From the NCBI GenBank assembly GCA_050014195.1, contig JBEKDT010000003.1, positions 160,001 through 224,000 of the forward strand: a stretch of DNA of 64,000 bases, given 5' to 3'. The notes below the pieces were generated by a model. The model was not told the origin of the DNA. It did not search any database and worked only from the letters and a program-made list of their open reading frames with translations. Shown piece by piece: positions 9,252 to 18,532 of the stretch (its first letter is position 1; each line of letters opens with the position of its first letter). This DNA is from Desulfomonilia bacterium (GTDB lineage: Bacteria; Desulfobacterota; Desulfomonilia; UBA1062). A program made the position numbers and the translations under genes.

Positions 9252-9971
9252 TTAGTCCTGCTCCTCCTGGACCTTCACATAGAGGATCCTCTGGCATGCG
9301 GGGCAGGTAATCAATCTGTCGCCGCGGATGAGCTCGTTGAAGAGCTGAGGCTGGATGTGCATATGGCAGCCCCTGCAAACCCCTTCAAAACACTCCACCA
9401 CGGCAAGGCCCTTCTTGCTCTGCTTGATGCGGTCGTACTTTATGAGCAGCGATTTGTCAACGATCTTGCGTAGGCGGCCGTCCTTTCCCTTATATTCGGC
9501 CAGTATGGCCTCAAGCTCTTTCATCTGGGCAGTAATCTTGTTCTTCTTCACATCAAGGATCACCTTGTCGGTCTCAAATGAGTTCCTTATCCTCTCCCGG
9601 TCGGCTGCCTTCTTTTCTATCTTTTCCATGATGGCAAGGACCTGCTCCTCAATATCGGCCTTCCTCTTCTTTGCAAGGTCTATTTCCCGCTGCAGGGCAA
9701 GATATTCTTTGTTGGTCTTGATCCTCTTAATCCTGGCATCCGCCGCATCAAGGAGGGCCTGGTTTTCCTTCAGTTCCGCTTCAAGCGGTGTCTTTCTCTC
9801 CTCATAGGATGCAATCTCATCATCCACTGCATCCAAGGATTTCTTCCGGGCGCTTATAATGCTCTCGATCTCGGAGACCTCCTTGGGGAGTTCCCGTAAA
9901 CCTTCGTCAGCCTTGAATATCTCAAGTTCCACATTCTGTAGTGCGATCAGATCTTCCAGTAAATCCTTCAA
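9252..9971 (-). CDS. Coiled-coil protein with C4 zinc ribbon (DUF164/HP0958-like)
   Basis: Long heptad helix, TNKEYLAL, CRGC...CPACQRILY. Confidence 0.9.
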   Translation of the reverse strand: MKDLLEDLIALQNVELEIFKADEGLRELPKEVSEIESIISARKKSLDAVDDEIASYEERKTPLEAELKENQALLDAADARIKRIKTNKEYLALQREIDLAKKRKADIEEQVLAIMEKIEKKAADRERIRNSFETDKVILDVKKNKITAQMKELEAILAEYKGKDGRLRKIVDKSLLIKYDRIKQSKKGLAVVECFEGVCRGCHMHIQPQLFNELIRGDRLITCPACQRILYVKVQEEQD

Positions 9972-9983
9972 CCTTTACTCTCC

Positions 9984-10733
9984 TTAGTTGTTATAGAGGG
10001 AAAAAATATCCCTGCCCTGGTAGGCATGGACTGCTATTCCCTTCAGCTCGTGTTTGAGCCTTTCTGTAAGGGGCTTAATAATAATCTCCTCTGATCCGAA
10101 GTGACCGAGGTCCAGCACATTCATGCTCGACTCTCTTGCATCGAGCCCAGCATGGTAGCGAACATCCCCGGTTACAAACGTGTCGCACCCCATTTCCCGG
10201 GCCTGTTGCCAGTAATCCATGCCGCTCCCCGGGCAAACGCCGACCATAAGCACATCCCTACCCGCATCGATGAGACGTGCACTCTTAACAGGCAATGTAT
10301 GAACCCAACCACCAAGGGGTGTCGGCATCTTAATGGACCCTACGCGCAAAGCCCCATAGTTACTTATGTCATGCAGCCCAAGCATTTTAGCAAGCTCATC
10401 AGCAACACCCCCTGGTGCTTTATCAAGATTGGTGTGCATGCTGACCAGGTTGATCCGTGCCTCAAGAAGCATCGCGATCTTCTTTGCGATCATATCCTTA
10501 AGATCTATGCGGGAGATGGGCTTAAAAATGAGGGGATGGTGTGTGAGGATGAGATCCATACCCGTTTCCCTGGCAGCCTCGATAACCTCTAGGGTCGGGT
10601 CCAGGGCTACAAGTACTGATTTGATCTCGCTGCATGGGTCCCCGACCATAAGGCCCACATTGTCCCACTCCTCCGCGGCCTCGAAGGGTGCTATCGTATC
10701 AAGCACTATCATCACCTCTTTGAGCATCATCAT
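9984..10733 (-). CDS. Nif3-like dinuclear metal-centre protein
   Basis: WDNVGL, THHPLIF, HTNLD, CPGSG, TGDVRYH, GHFGSE. Confidence 0.93.
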   Translation of the reverse strand: MMMLKEVMIVLDTIAPFEAAEEWDNVGLMVGDPCSEIKSVLVALDPTLEVIEAARETGMDLILTHHPLIFKPISRIDLKDMIAKKIAMLLEARINLVSMHTNLDKAPGGVADELAKMLGLHDISNYGALRVGSIKMPTPLGGWVHTLPVKSARLIDAGRDVLMVGVCPGSGMDYWQQAREMGCDTFVTGDVRYHAGLDARESSMNVLDLGHFGSEEIIIKPLTERLKHELKGIAVHAYQGRDIFSLYNN

Positions 10734-10741
10734 GAATGAAT

Positions 10742-10772
10742 AAAAAAGGGATGCTTTGATAGCACCCCTTTT
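10742..10772 (-). terminator. Hairpin with U-tract between the tRNA-Ile2 and Nif3 genes
   Basis: Minus strand AAGGGGTGCT-ATCA-AAGCATCCCTTTTTT. Confidence 0.5.
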
Positions 10773-10853
10773 GTATGGCCTTTGCCGCATATCGTTTTCA
10801 AACAGTGATCATGTATAAAACCCGTTCTCACCCTTACTTCCTTAGCCCGATAA

Positions 10854-10926
10854 TGGGCCCACCTGGAATCGAACCAGGGACCTACCGGTTATGAGCCGGT
10901 GGCTCTACCAATTGAGCTATGGGCCC
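10854..10926 (-). tRNA. tRNA with CAT anticodon, most likely tRNA-Ile2 (lysidine)
   Basis: GGGCCCATAGCTCAATTGGTAGAGCCACCGGCTCATAACCGG...GGGCCCA; Ile2-type acceptor and anticodon stems. Confidence 0.9.
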
Positions 10927-10969
10927 TTCTGAGGGTTCATAGTCCAAACGAATTTGGGGTGTCAAGCAC

Positions 10970-12736
10970 CTATTTGCCCTCTACGTGTTCAAGTATGGAT
11001 ACGATGTTAATACTTTCATTAATGGTTTTAATGCTTGATTCGATCTTTTCCAGCTGCTCGGCCAGTCCTGCCTTTTCCTGCTCGTCCTTTTCGATTGCAA
11101 GCTGATCGGCCAGCATGGCCTTGAGTCCTTTGAGATAATCCAGCTCCCGGCTTGGCAGAGAAAGCAGCTTGGGGACCTCGGTCTGGGAACCGGAAGATGT
11201 CTCTCTCAGGTACTCCAGGTCCTCAGGGGATTCTGCTCGGGTAAGCCCGTGCTGCATATCGGTATTGATGAAGGAGACCTGGTCGTAGTAGAAGTTGAAG
11301 ATTGTTTTGATCATACGGGCCCTATGAGAGAGTAGTCCTTCGAGGTAACCCTTAAATTCGGAGAACTTCTTTTCGATCTTCTCCTCGATCTTACTCCTTT
11401 TCCCCGTATCGGTGCACGTATAGTAATCTTTTGTAGTATCAGCGAAGAAGTCAAAATAGCTGTGCAGGGCCAGAAACATGCTAATGTCTCCCACAATATT
11501 GCCATTTGTGGTGCAGGAGCTCGTGGACATGGCGCCTCCCCTTTTAATGATCTCCTGGGGTGCCTTCACGATCCAGTCGGTCCCGAAGAGTCCGGGGACA
11601 TTGGTGACGGCTTCATACTTCAGACTATCCGCCCTGACCTTCTCGACCAGGGCACTGTCACGATAAATCATGCCCAGTGCCTTGAGATTGGGGATGAGTG
11701 ACGCGCAGATGAAGCCATATTCATTGTCTTCATAGAAGCTGAAAATGATGTAGTCAGGCGATGTCACGGTAAGGAAGTTGGGAGGGTAGTTCACCAGGAT
11801 CTCCTCACCATCGATCTCCCGGATTGTGGTGGGCTGTTTCTTAAGGATCTGTGCATAATTCTTGAAGACATCGTTTTGTATAATCTGCGCTATGATCCTG
11901 CCGAATACCTTTTTAAACCTTTGTGCTGCCCTGCCGAACTCAAAGTTATTATACGTGAACAAGGGCTGCTTCAGCGCGATCCCTGTCCTGAAGAGCGTCC
12001 CTGTGGGGCTGTTGTTCCTTGAACAGAGCACGCTGATCTCATCCTGACGGGAGAGCATCCTTTTCTCCCAGCCCTTGGCCGGCGCAGACTCTAAAAACCC
12101 CATCGGGTATTTCTTCTCGTGGATCTTGTCGAGCCACTTCTGCATCCTGTCCGCCTTTTTTGCCGTGTCGCCGACGCATGACAGCAAGACGTTCGCGCCC
12201 AGGTCATTCGCAGTGTCCAACACCCGGTCCATGATGGCCTCTGAAGAGAGTTCTCCGAGACGGACATTGGCGTGGCGGATAACCGAGAGCACCTCCTGCT
12301 TGTCGTGGGACAGAATCTTGATGGCCGGCAGGCCCTCCGGCGAGTCTATGAGCTCCTGGCGGTCAAAGGGGATGACATGATCGCGCTGTGGCTCTTCATC
12401 AAGGGTCTGCTCCAGATACTTGGTCCTCAGCTCGTGTTTTCCGTCAGCCTTCAGGCGGAAGATGGGACTCCCCATCTTGTCATAACCTTCCAGGATTTTT
12501 GATTTTTCCGAACGCATGATCCCGGCAAGAATCTGCTGCACTGTGGGGATGTCTGCGGTAAAGGCACCGAAGACGACATCGATCCAGACATCTTTATCGG
12601 TAAGTTCCTTGGTTTTTGCCCTGGCAAGGATATCTTCATTGTTCTCCATCGATGCATAAATGGCCTGAAGACCCATCCTTCCATTGGCACCCCTGATGGC
12701 AACCCTTATCACCGGAATCTTATCCCTGATATCCAT
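10970..12736 (-). CDS. Permuted, insertion-rich glyceraldehyde-3-phosphate dehydrogenase-like protein (588 aa)
   Basis: GANGRMG, LSCVG, ESAPAKG, SRNNSPTGTL, FYEDNEYGF, STSSCTTN, MQHGLT and TSSGSQ motifs; RBS GGAGG before ATG at 12736. Confidence 0.75.
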   Translation of the reverse strand: MDIRDKIPVIRVAIRGANGRMGLQAIYASMENNEDILARAKTKELTDKDVWIDVVFGAFTADIPTVQQILAGIMRSEKSKILEGYDKMGSPIFRLKADGKHELRTKYLEQTLDEEPQRDHVIPFDRQELIDSPEGLPAIKILSHDKQEVLSVIRHANVRLGELSSEAIMDRVLDTANDLGANVLLSCVGDTAKKADRMQKWLDKIHEKKYPMGFLESAPAKGWEKRMLSRQDEISVLCSRNNSPTGTLFRTGIALKQPLFTYNNFEFGRAAQRFKKVFGRIIAQIIQNDVFKNYAQILKKQPTTIREIDGEEILVNYPPNFLTVTSPDYIIFSFYEDNEYGFICASLIPNLKALGMIYRDSALVEKVRADSLKYEAVTNVPGLFGTDWIVKAPQEIIKRGGAMSTSSCTTNGNIVGDISMFLALHSYFDFFADTTKDYYTCTDTGKRSKIEEKIEKKFSEFKGYLEGLLSHRARMIKTIFNFYYDQVSFINTDMQHGLTRAESPEDLEYLRETSSGSQTEVPKLLSLPSRELDYLKGLKAMLADQLAIEKDEQEKAGLAEQLEKIESSIKTINESINIVSILEHVEGK

Positions 12737-12787
12737 GGCCTCCTCCAAGAAGTGTGTTGTTGTGCTGGCGTAGAGTGAACCATAAAA

Positions 12788-12816
12788 TGTATACCAGATC
12801 ACAGGGAAACAGGCAA
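12788..12816 (-). promoter_or_regulatory. Sigma70-type promoter for the GAPDH-like gene
   Basis: TTGCCT-17 nt-TATACA with an extended TG. Confidence 0.45.
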
Positions 12817-12947
12817 GGTAGTTGGCTGGATTACAACAAGAAAATAACAAAAACCTCCATCACCAAATCAACATAGGCTGCGGCAAGAGTACCCATACAT
12901 TCCCGTTTTGCTTTTTCTTAGTTCTCATTACTGATATATGACTTTTT

Positions 12948-14081
12948 ATGCATCACGCGGACATCACCATAATCGGTGCAGGGGTCGTGGGTCTGGCAGC
13001 GGCCTGTGTACTCTCGGAAAAAGGCAAATCCATTGTAGTTCTCGAAGAAGAATCCGGACCCGGCAAAGGGACGAGCTCCCGCAACTCCGAGGTGATCCAT
13101 GCAGGGATCTACTATCCCACGGGATCTCTAAAGGCCAGGCTCTGTGTCGAGGGATCCCGGCTGCTCTATACCTTTTGCGAGAAGCATGCTATCCCTTCCC
13201 GTCCATTGGGAAAGGTTATTGTGGCGGCTTCAGTTGGGGAAGAGCCTGCCATCGAAGGTCTTTGGAGACAGGGGACAGAAAATGGTGCAGAGGGGCTCAC
13301 CATGCTCACGAGGACCGAGCTGAACAAGAAGGAGCCTCATGTCAGCGGTGTGAGCGCCCTTTATTCTCCCCGCACCGGGATCCTCGATTCGCACCGGCTC
13401 GTTAAAATACTCGAGGCCCTTGCTTTAAGCAAAGGGTGTATCATCTTGTACAACTCACCTCTGTCTTCCATCCATACATTATCTGACGGGTTTATGTGCT
13501 CTGTGGAGACAAGGCCTACAGATAGCTATACCTTTAATTCAACGGCCCTCATCAACTCAGCAGGTCTCAATTCCGATACCATAGCCTCCATGGCCGGCAT
13601 CGATGTTGAGAGTGCAGGGTATCGCATCTATCCGGTCAAAGGCCAGTATTTCCGCGTGCGCGGAAAGAAACAGGGGCTGGTAAACGGGCTTGTATACCCA
13701 AGCCCGGAAAAGAGCCTTACCGGCCTTGGTATCCACGTGACCAAGGACCTCTCAGGTTCGGTCAGGCTTGGGCCCGATGCCCGGTATGTGGATGAGATCA
13801 ACTATGATGTGAACCCTGACCATGCCGGTGAATTCCTTCAGAGTGCCCGCAGGCTGTTGCCCTTCTTGGATGAGGACGATATCATGCCCGATATGGCCGG
13901 CATACGGCCTAAGTTACAGCCACCTGATGGTGCGGTGCGGGACTTCGTGATCCGCCATGAAGCGGATCGGGGCCTTTTCGGTCTCATCAATCTGATCGGG
14001 ATTGAGTCGCCGGGGCTGACCGGCTGCCTTGCCATCGGCGAAATGGTGAGAGGAATGCTGGAAGAAGCGGGCCTGCTCTAA
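12948..14081 (+). CDS. FAD-dependent oxidoreductase, L-2-hydroxyglutarate oxidase (LhgO) family
   Basis: IIGAGVVG, TSSRNSEVIHAGIYYP, GIRPKL, GIESPGLT. Confidence 0.9.
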   Translation: MHHADITIIGAGVVGLAAACVLSEKGKSIVVLEEESGPGKGTSSRNSEVIHAGIYYPTGSLKARLCVEGSRLLYTFCEKHAIPSRPLGKVIVAASVGEEPAIEGLWRQGTENGAEGLTMLTRTELNKKEPHVSGVSALYSPRTGILDSHRLVKILEALALSKGCIILYNSPLSSIHTLSDGFMCSVETRPTDSYTFNSTALINSAGLNSDTIASMAGIDVESAGYRIYPVKGQYFRVRGKKQGLVNGLVYPSPEKSLTGLGIHVTKDLSGSVRLGPDARYVDEINYDVNPDHAGEFLQSARRLLPFLDEDDIMPDMAGIRPKLQPPDGAVRDFVIRHEADRGLFGLINLIGIESPGLTGCLAIGEMVRGMLEEAGLL

Positions 14082-15358
14082 TCCGTGCTATAGACTGTTC
14101 GACCCTCGACGAGGGTACGTACCACTTTCCCGGTAAAGGTCCATCCGATAAAAGGTGTGTTTCGCGACTTGGAGAAGATCATCTCCTCGGTAAGGGTCCA
14201 GACGGCATCCGGATCAAAGATAGTGACATCAGCACGTGAACCCGGACTCAGCTTGCCTCCCTCAATGCCTAAGACCTTGGCAGGATTTTTGGTCACACAG
14301 GCCAGGAGCTGGGAAAAATCTATATCAAAGTCGAGGTGAAGCTTCATGAGTGCGGGCAGCAATGTCTGAAACCCAATGATGCCGAAGGGGGCCAGGTCAA
14401 AGTCCAGGTCTTTCTCATCCCTCGCATGCGGCGCATGGTCGGTGGCAATGCAGTCGATCAGGTTCATCCTGACCCCTTCAATCAATGCATGCCTGTCTGC
14501 TTCATTCCTTAGGGGCGGATTCATCTTGTAATTCGCATTGTATGTCCGCACACCCTCCTCGGTAAGCAGGAGATGGTGTGGTGTGGTATCACAAGTTACC
14601 TTTGCCCCCTGCAGCTTGGCTGCCCTGATGATCTCCAGACTCCCTTTGGTGGATATATGGGTGATATGGACAGGGACTCCGGTGTACTGTGACAGCAGCA
14701 CATCTCGGGATACCATGATCTCCTCTGTCAGAGAAGGGATCCCTGCAAGACCGAGTTGAGACGACAGCGCACCTTCGTTCATCACGCCTGAGCCGGCGAG
14801 GTTTTTATCCTCACAATGAGAGATCACCGGAAGCGAAAAGGTGGAAGCATACTCAAGCGCCCTTCTCATTATGGATGCACTCTCTACGGGCCTGCCGTCA
14901 TCCGAAACGGCTATGATGCCCGCCTCCTTCATAAGGCCCATCTCTGCGAGCTCTTTGCCTTGCTGCCCCTTGGTGATGGCCCCCACCGGGAGCACCCTCA
15001 CCATACCTGCGCTTGATGCCTTCTTTAAAATATATTGGGTCACGGATGGGTTATCGTTGACCGGCTCTGTATTGGCCATGCAGACCACGGTGGTGATGCC
15101 CCCTGCCGCAGCCGCCTGACTCCCGCTTGCGATATCTTCCTTGTATTCATACCCGGGCTCTCTCAGGTGGGCGTGCATGTCGATGAGCCCTGGAAGCACC
15201 CACAACCCCTTAGCATCGATGATCTCTTCCCCGGATGGTGTTAGTCCCCCTGTCGGCCGGATATCCTCGATTCTCCCATCTGATATGAGAATATCCGCCT
15301 GCTCGTCACGGTTATTCGCTGGGTCTATAAGGCGGCCACCCTTAATCCACATTGACAT
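14078..15358 (-). CDS. pyrC: Dihydroorotase
   Basis: DMHAHLREPG, KMNPPLR, ATDHAPH; next to pyrB. Confidence 0.95.
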   Translation of the reverse strand: MSMWIKGGRLIDPANNRDEQADILISDGRIEDIRPTGGLTPSGEEIIDAKGLWVLPGLIDMHAHLREPGYEYKEDIASGSQAAAAGGITTVVCMANTEPVNDNPSVTQYILKKASSAGMVRVLPVGAITKGQQGKELAEMGLMKEAGIIAVSDDGRPVESASIMRRALEYASTFSLPVISHCEDKNLAGSGVMNEGALSSQLGLAGIPSLTEEIMVSRDVLLSQYTGVPVHITHISTKGSLEIIRAAKLQGAKVTCDTTPHHLLLTEEGVRTYNANYKMNPPLRNEADRHALIEGVRMNLIDCIATDHAPHARDEKDLDFDLAPFGIIGFQTLLPALMKLHLDFDIDFSQLLACVTKNPAKVLGIEGGKLSPGSRADVTIFDPDAVWTLTEEMIFSKSRNTPFIGWTFTGKVVRTLVEGRTVYSTD

Positions 15359-16274
15359 TTCCTCCTAGCGACAGGTACAGGAGGGTCATCCTGACGGCAA
15401 CCCCGTTTTCCACCTGATTGAGGATAATCGAGCGGCTCCCGTCTGCGGCGTCATGGGTGATCTCCACCCCCCTATTCATGGGCCCCGGGTGCATAATGAT
15501 TGCATCTGGTTTCATCTTATCCACCCGCTTCTTGTTGAGGCCATAGAAGTACGCATATTCCCGTTCGCCTGAGAAGTATTGTTCGTGGATCCGCTCTTTT
15601 TGCACCCTGAGCATCATGATTACATCCGCTTCGCTCACGACGGGATCAAATGCCGTCGCAATATTCACACCCCAGGTTTCCACACCTACAGGAAGAAATG
15701 TCTTCGGCGCTACGACGGTGACATGGGCGCCGACCTTTTTGAGTCCATAGATATTTGACCGGGCGACCCTGGAATGCAGAATATCTCCAACAATAGCTAC
15801 ATGCAGACCATCGAGCTTGCCGAAGTGTTCCTGCATGGAATACATGTCCAGGAGGGCCTGTGATGGATGTTCATGTGTTCCGTCTCCTGCGTTGATAATG
15901 GAGCAGGGCAGTTCCTGGGCAAGTTTCTTGGGCAGCCCTGCATAGGGGTAACGGATCACGATGCAGTCGGGCGACATGGCCATGATATTGAGAGCGGCAT
16001 CCATTATGGTCTCGCCTTTTGCAAAAGAGGACCCTGATGCTGACAAGGCCATAGTATCCGCACTCAGGCGTTTTGCTGCAAGTTCGAAGGACAGTCGTGT
16101 CCTGGTTGATGCCTCATAGAAGAGCAGCACAACGGTTTTGCCCCTCAGTGCCGGGACTTTTTTGATGTCCCGCTTGCTGATCTCCTTGAAAGACTTGCTC
16201 ATGTCTAAAATGGTGTGGATTTCCTCACTCGTCAGGTCCTGTATGGCAATAAGGTCCTTGTGAGGCCAGTTCAT
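15342..16274 (-). CDS. pyrB: Aspartate carbamoyltransferase catalytic subunit
   Basis: FYEASTRTRLSFE, HEHPSQ, MHPGPMNRGVEI. Confidence 0.97.
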   Translation of the reverse strand: MNWPHKDLIAIQDLTSEEIHTILDMSKSFKEISKRDIKKVPALRGKTVVLLFYEASTRTRLSFELAAKRLSADTMALSASGSSFAKGETIMDAALNIMAMSPDCIVIRYPYAGLPKKLAQELPCSIINAGDGTHEHPSQALLDMYSMQEHFGKLDGLHVAIVGDILHSRVARSNIYGLKKVGAHVTVVAPKTFLPVGVETWGVNIATAFDPVVSEADVIMMLRVQKERIHEQYFSGEREYAYFYGLNKKRVDKMKPDAIIMHPGPMNRGVEITHDAADGSRSIILNQVENGVAVRMTLLYLSLGGNVNVD

Positions 16275-16810
16275 CTTTTCACCTCGCTGATGATAACCCC
16301 GGGTATGTTCTCCTTATCAGCGGAAGCCTCGAGTTTGATGACCTGTTCATCAGGCAGGTTTATCTTCATGCCAACAAAATCAGCCTGGATGGGCAGTTCC
16401 CTTCCACCCCTGTCAAACAGCACCAGCAAGTAAATCCTGCCCGGTCGGCCCAAGTCTACTATGTGATCTATGGCAGCCCGCACAGACCGTCCTGTATAGA
16501 GGACATCATCCACAAGTATGATATCTTTGTGGTCAATGACAAAGGGGATGTCCGTGCTCCTGACCTCAGGATAGAACTTTCTCCTCGTAAGGTCATCCCG
16601 GTACAGGGCGATATCCAAAACTCCCAAAGGGATCTGTTTTGCAATCTTTTCCTCAAGAAGTTTCACCAATCCTCTCGCAATCAGCTCGCCCCCGTTTCTT
16701 ACCCCGATAAAGGCCACATTGTCCCATGCGCTGATGGATTTCATGAGCTCCTCGGTGAGCCTGACGAGCATTGAGTGTATCTCTTTGGGGCCTCTTGGTA
16801 TCTCTGCCAT
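16271..16810 (-). CDS. pyrR: Pyrimidine regulatory protein / uracil phosphoribosyltransferase
   Basis: LDIALYRDD, LVDDVLYTGRSVRAA, RELPIQADFVG. Confidence 0.95.
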   Translation of the reverse strand: MAEIPRGPKEIHSMLVRLTEELMKSISAWDNVAFIGVRNGGELIARGLVKLLEEKIAKQIPLGVLDIALYRDDLTRRKFYPEVRSTDIPFVIDHKDIILVDDVLYTGRSVRAAIDHIVDLGRPGRIYLLVLFDRGGRELPIQADFVGMKINLPDEQVIKLEASADKENIPGVIISEVKR

Positions 16811-16819
16811 ATCCGACTC

Positions 16820-17443
16820 CTAGTGCACGAGATGACCTATGCGCCAGTAACGTATCCAAGGATTTTCACTCATCCATGAAAAATAGATGATGAATGCCTT
16901 GCCTTTGATGTTCTCTATGGGGACTTGTCCCCAAAACCGGCTGTCATAGCTTTGATCTCTGTTGTCTCCCATCACAAAGACATGCCCTGGACTTACCGTT
17001 ATCGGACCAAAGAAATCCCTTACCTTGTTCGTTCCGATATTGATGGAAAAGGGGTCTGTGTATTTTTCATTCGGGATCTCAAAGCGCTTTCCATTGAGGA
17101 ACACCTTTTTATCTTTGATCTCAATCACATCCCCCGGCAGGCCGATCACCCTTTTTACAAAATCCATCTCATGGTTCACCGGGAAGGTAAAGATGATGAC
17201 ATCTCCTCTGGCCGGAATCTTGTCGGATCCCCATATCTTATTGGTTGTGAACGGCATAGTGAGGCCATAGGTGAACTTGGTGGCAAGGATATGATCGCCT
17301 TTCAGCAGGGTATCTTCCATGGAGGAGGAGGGTATCCTGTAGGCCTGGAGAATGAAGGCCCGGATAAACATAGCTATCACAAAGGCGACTACGAGGGCCT
17401 CTGCCCAATCCCTTGCAGCACTCTTATTCTTGTCCTTACTCAA
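16820..17443 (-). CDS. lepB: Signal peptidase I
   Basis: IPSSSMEDTL, FVKRVIGLPGD, MGDNRDQSYDSRFWG. Confidence 0.96.
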   Translation of the reverse strand: MSKDKNKSAARDWAEALVVAFVIAMFIRAFILQAYRIPSSSMEDTLLKGDHILATKFTYGLTMPFTTNKIWGSDKIPARGDVIIFTFPVNHEMDFVKRVIGLPGDVIEIKDKKVFLNGKRFEIPNEKYTDPFSINIGTNKVRDFFGPITVSPGHVFVMGDNRDQSYDSRFWGQVPIENIKGKAFIIYFSWMSENPWIRYWRIGHLVH

Positions 17444-17656
17444 AATTCTCCTCCTTTATGATACTATAGTTGCTGTTTCTCAGGACCCTTAAAAGTTTTC
17501 TTAATTAAGTGGCTCATGCACTGTTTAACAGAATTGCACGTTTTCCTAAAGATGATTCTCATCACCTTTGAACACCATGGATGCCTGGAGGAGTAGTACC
17601 TCTATACCGCATCCCTTAAGCCCTTCGTCAAAAAAGAGAAGAATACGCTTAAACCC

Positions 17657-18532
17657 TTATGCCGTTCCTTTTGCATGCTGCAGATACTCATGCACAAAGT
17701 TTTCTAAGGATGTCTGCCATATGGGCATGAGCTTGCCGGTTTTTGTAGTGAACTTTTTCGTTGAAAGGATCGAGTAGGCAGGCCTTATTGCCGGCAGGGG
17801 ATATTCTTTCGTGCTTATCGGTATCACCTTTGTGCCCAAACCTATAAACTCTATTGTCCTGCTTGCCAGATCATACCATGTGGCCTTGCCTCTATTGCAC
17901 ACATGGAATATTCCCCGCGCATCGATTTCCATAAGCTGGGTTATCGCCTTCGCCAAGTCGAAGGCAAACGTTGGTGAGCCCCATTGATCGTTCACGACAC
18001 GGAGACTTTCATTGATCTGCGCTGCAGAAATAATCGTCGATACGAAGTTCCTCCCATAAAGTCCTATGAGCCATTGTGTCCTGATGATGACGTAATCATC
18101 CATCTGATGCCTGATGGCATTCTCGCCTGCGAGCTTGCTCACGCCATAGATATTTATAGGGTTTGGAAGGTCCTCCTCGATATACGGTGATCCCTTGGTC
18201 CCATCGAAGACATAGTCGGTGCTGATATGAAGGAGTTTTACTTTAAGCTTCCTGCAAGCAAGCGCCAGAAGCTCCGGCCCTTTTGCATTGAGCGTAAGCG
18301 CTTCTTCCTCGTGTTTCTCAGCGCCATCGACATTCGTATACGCTGAACAATTGATTACCCATGCGGGACGGAAGGAGGTAATGGCATACCTGATCTGATC
18401 CTGCCGGGTGATGTCAAGCCGGTTGTCATTTGATGTGATATCCGTTCCCCAGACCTCATGTCCGTGTATCTCCAAGTCCTTCATGACCTCTCTTCCCAGC
18501 ATGCCCCTGGCTCCGGTCACAAGCACTTTCAT
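17657..18532 (-). CDS. rfbD: dTDP-4-dehydrorhamnose reductase
   Basis: GARGMLG, AYTNVD, STDYVFDG, YGVSK, DQWGSPT. Confidence 0.95.
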   Translation of the reverse strand: MKVLVTGARGMLGREVMKDLEIHGHEVWGTDITSNDNRLDITRQDQIRYAITSFRPAWVINCSAYTNVDGAEKHEEEALTLNAKGPELLALACRKLKVKLLHISTDYVFDGTKGSPYIEEDLPNPINIYGVSKLAGENAIRHQMDDYVIIRTQWLIGLYGRNFVSTIISAAQINESLRVVNDQWGSPTFAFDLAKAITQLMEIDARGIFHVCNRGKATWYDLASRTIEFIGLGTKVIPISTKEYPLPAIRPAYSILSTKKFTTKTGKLMPIWQTSLENFVHEYLQHAKGTA

